Shown: one piece after another, positions 62,570 through 64,000 of the stretch
Layout: every line of letters starts with the position of its first letter
How positions within the stretch are numbered: position 1 is the first letter of the stretch
Notes under the pieces: model-generated
Seen by the model: only the letters and a program-made list of their open reading frames with translations
Databases searched by the model: none
What the model was told of the DNA's origin: nothing
Origin: Stegostoma tigrinum
Taxonomy: Eukaryota
Assembly (NCBI RefSeq): GCF_030684315.1
Contig: NC_081357.1
Span: forward strand, 14,014,255-14,078,254
Direction: 5' to 3'
DNA: 64,000 nucleotides
Position numbers and translations under genes: made by a program

Positions 62570-63535
62570 TCAGAGAGTCATAGGTTACACAGCACAGTCC
62601 AATTATCCATGCCAACCAGATGTCCTAAACTGTCTATTTCCATTTGGCAGCATTTGGCCAATATACCGCTGAACCTTTCTAATTTATGTACCCATCCAGG
62701 TGCCTTTTAAATATTGTAATTGTACCCATCTCCTCCAGCAGCTCATTCTACATACGCACCAGCCTTCGTGTGGAAAAAGTTGTCCCTCAAGTCCATTTAA
62801 AGTCTTTCCTCTCTCACCTTAAACCTATTCCCTTTAATTTGGACTCCTCTACCCTGGGATAAAGATCTTGGCTATTCACCCTAGTGTCTCTCTAAAGTCA
62901 CCCCTCAGCAATACTTAATGCATTGACCAACGAAGGCAAGTATATCAAACGCCTTCTTCACTACCCTGTCTACCTGTGGCTCCACTTCCAAGGAACTATA
63001 CATCTGCATCCCAAGGTCTCTTTGTTCTGCAACACTCCCCAGGGACCTACCATTAACTGTGTAAGTCCTATTCTGATTTACCTTCAAGTCCTAGCCTGAT
63101 TTACCTTACCAAAAAGTGCAACACCTTACATTTATCCAAATTAAACTCCATCTGCCACTCCTTGGCCCATTGACCTGTCTGATCAAGGCCCCATTGTTCT
63201 ACAAGAAAACCTTCTTCGCTGTCCACTACAACCCCAATTTTGGGGTCATTTGCAAGCTTACTGACCACACCTCCTATATTCACATCATCACATATATAAA
63301 CGATGTAAAGGAATGGACCCAGCACCAATCCCTCTGGCGCACTACTGGTCACAGACCATCAGTCGAAAAAAAACCCTCCACCAACAACCTGTCTCCTACC
63401 TTCAAGCCAATCTTGTATCTAATTGTCTAGCTCCCCCTGGAGTCAATGTGATATAACATCGCTAGCCACCCAACAATGCGGAACCTTGCTGATATCCTTG
63501 CTGAAGTCCATATAGGTGTCTACTGTTCTGCCTTC
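62570..63535 (-). mobile_element. CR1 RT-to-3' fragment with internal deletion
   Basis: Minus ORFs GLVLGPFLYIVYI..SKLANDPKIG..WAKEWQMEFNLDKCKVLHF and EQRDLG..QVDRVVKKAF. Confidence 0.88.
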
Positions 63536-64000
63536 TTGGGTTTATAGCTACACCAAGCAGAAAATGTTGTTTTGTAGCCTAGCAATCGGAATAGTCAGTG
63601 GAAAAGAGAAGACGCCAAAAGTGGCTTGTTAGTAGCCAATAGGTTAGCCATGAAAATATGGGAATTCCAGTCTTCTCCTGGATCTGCATCAATAAGAAAA
63701 TAAGTCTAAGTACTTTGTCCACTGTTCCCGGTCCAATTGCTTCTCCTGAAAGCTAATGGCTAGGCCACTGTAGAGCTGGACAAAACCTAAGAGATCATGA
63801 TTGACAGATGCTCTGCCCATTTTACCACTAATTTTGCAGAGGAGTCTTCAAAAGGACACATGACCTGGCTTGCACAGTTAGGTTGAGCCATTGGTGCTTT
63901 CAATCAGCTACCCTGAGGGATAACTAAACAGAGCCAGGACCAAAATGGTTGAATTCCTGAACTAATCCATGAAACTTGCATCCAAAGTTTACTATACTGT

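Larger units (their letters stand above)
46037..64000 (-). other. KCNK5: KCNK5 intron 1 (partial; exon 1 not found in window)
   Basis: No MVDRGPLL/M1-like coding segment recognised upstream of the exon 2 acceptor. Confidence 0.7.

Noticed and set aside
46037-64000. KCNK5 exon 1 or KCNK16/KCNK17 exons
   Set aside because: No M1-like or pore-like coding segment recognised in the ORF track or by reading. A short or divergent exon cannot be fully excluded without tBLASTn.

Overview
Vertebrate genomic DNA, very likely from a shark (inferred from HE1/V-SINE, Deu-type SINE and CR1/HER1-like repeats). One host gene is visible: KCNK5 (TASK-2 two-pore K+ channel) on the minus strand. Coding exons 2-5 lie at 46036-45925, 45801-45635, 44276-44108 and 41586-40745 with canonical GT/AG sites, followed by a probable ~3 kb 3' UTR. 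Exon 1 was not found and probably lies beyond 64000. The rest of the window is dense with retroelements: CR1 LINEs, a second APE-type LINE, an L2 tail, several tRNA-derived SINE families and Penelope-like elements (PLEs). The most striking structure is a population of about 15 short PLE-derived, mostly non-coding elements. Most carry a minimal hammerhead ribozyme core (CUGANGA-stem II-GAAAC-GUH), intact or decayed. Many fold back on themselves, and many are bounded by 12-16 bp target-site duplications (TSDs). Exon, hammerhead and TSD coordinates were counted by hand. Boundaries of old repeats are approximate and family names come from recognition, not a database search. Nearly all short ORFs in the supplied track are spurious.
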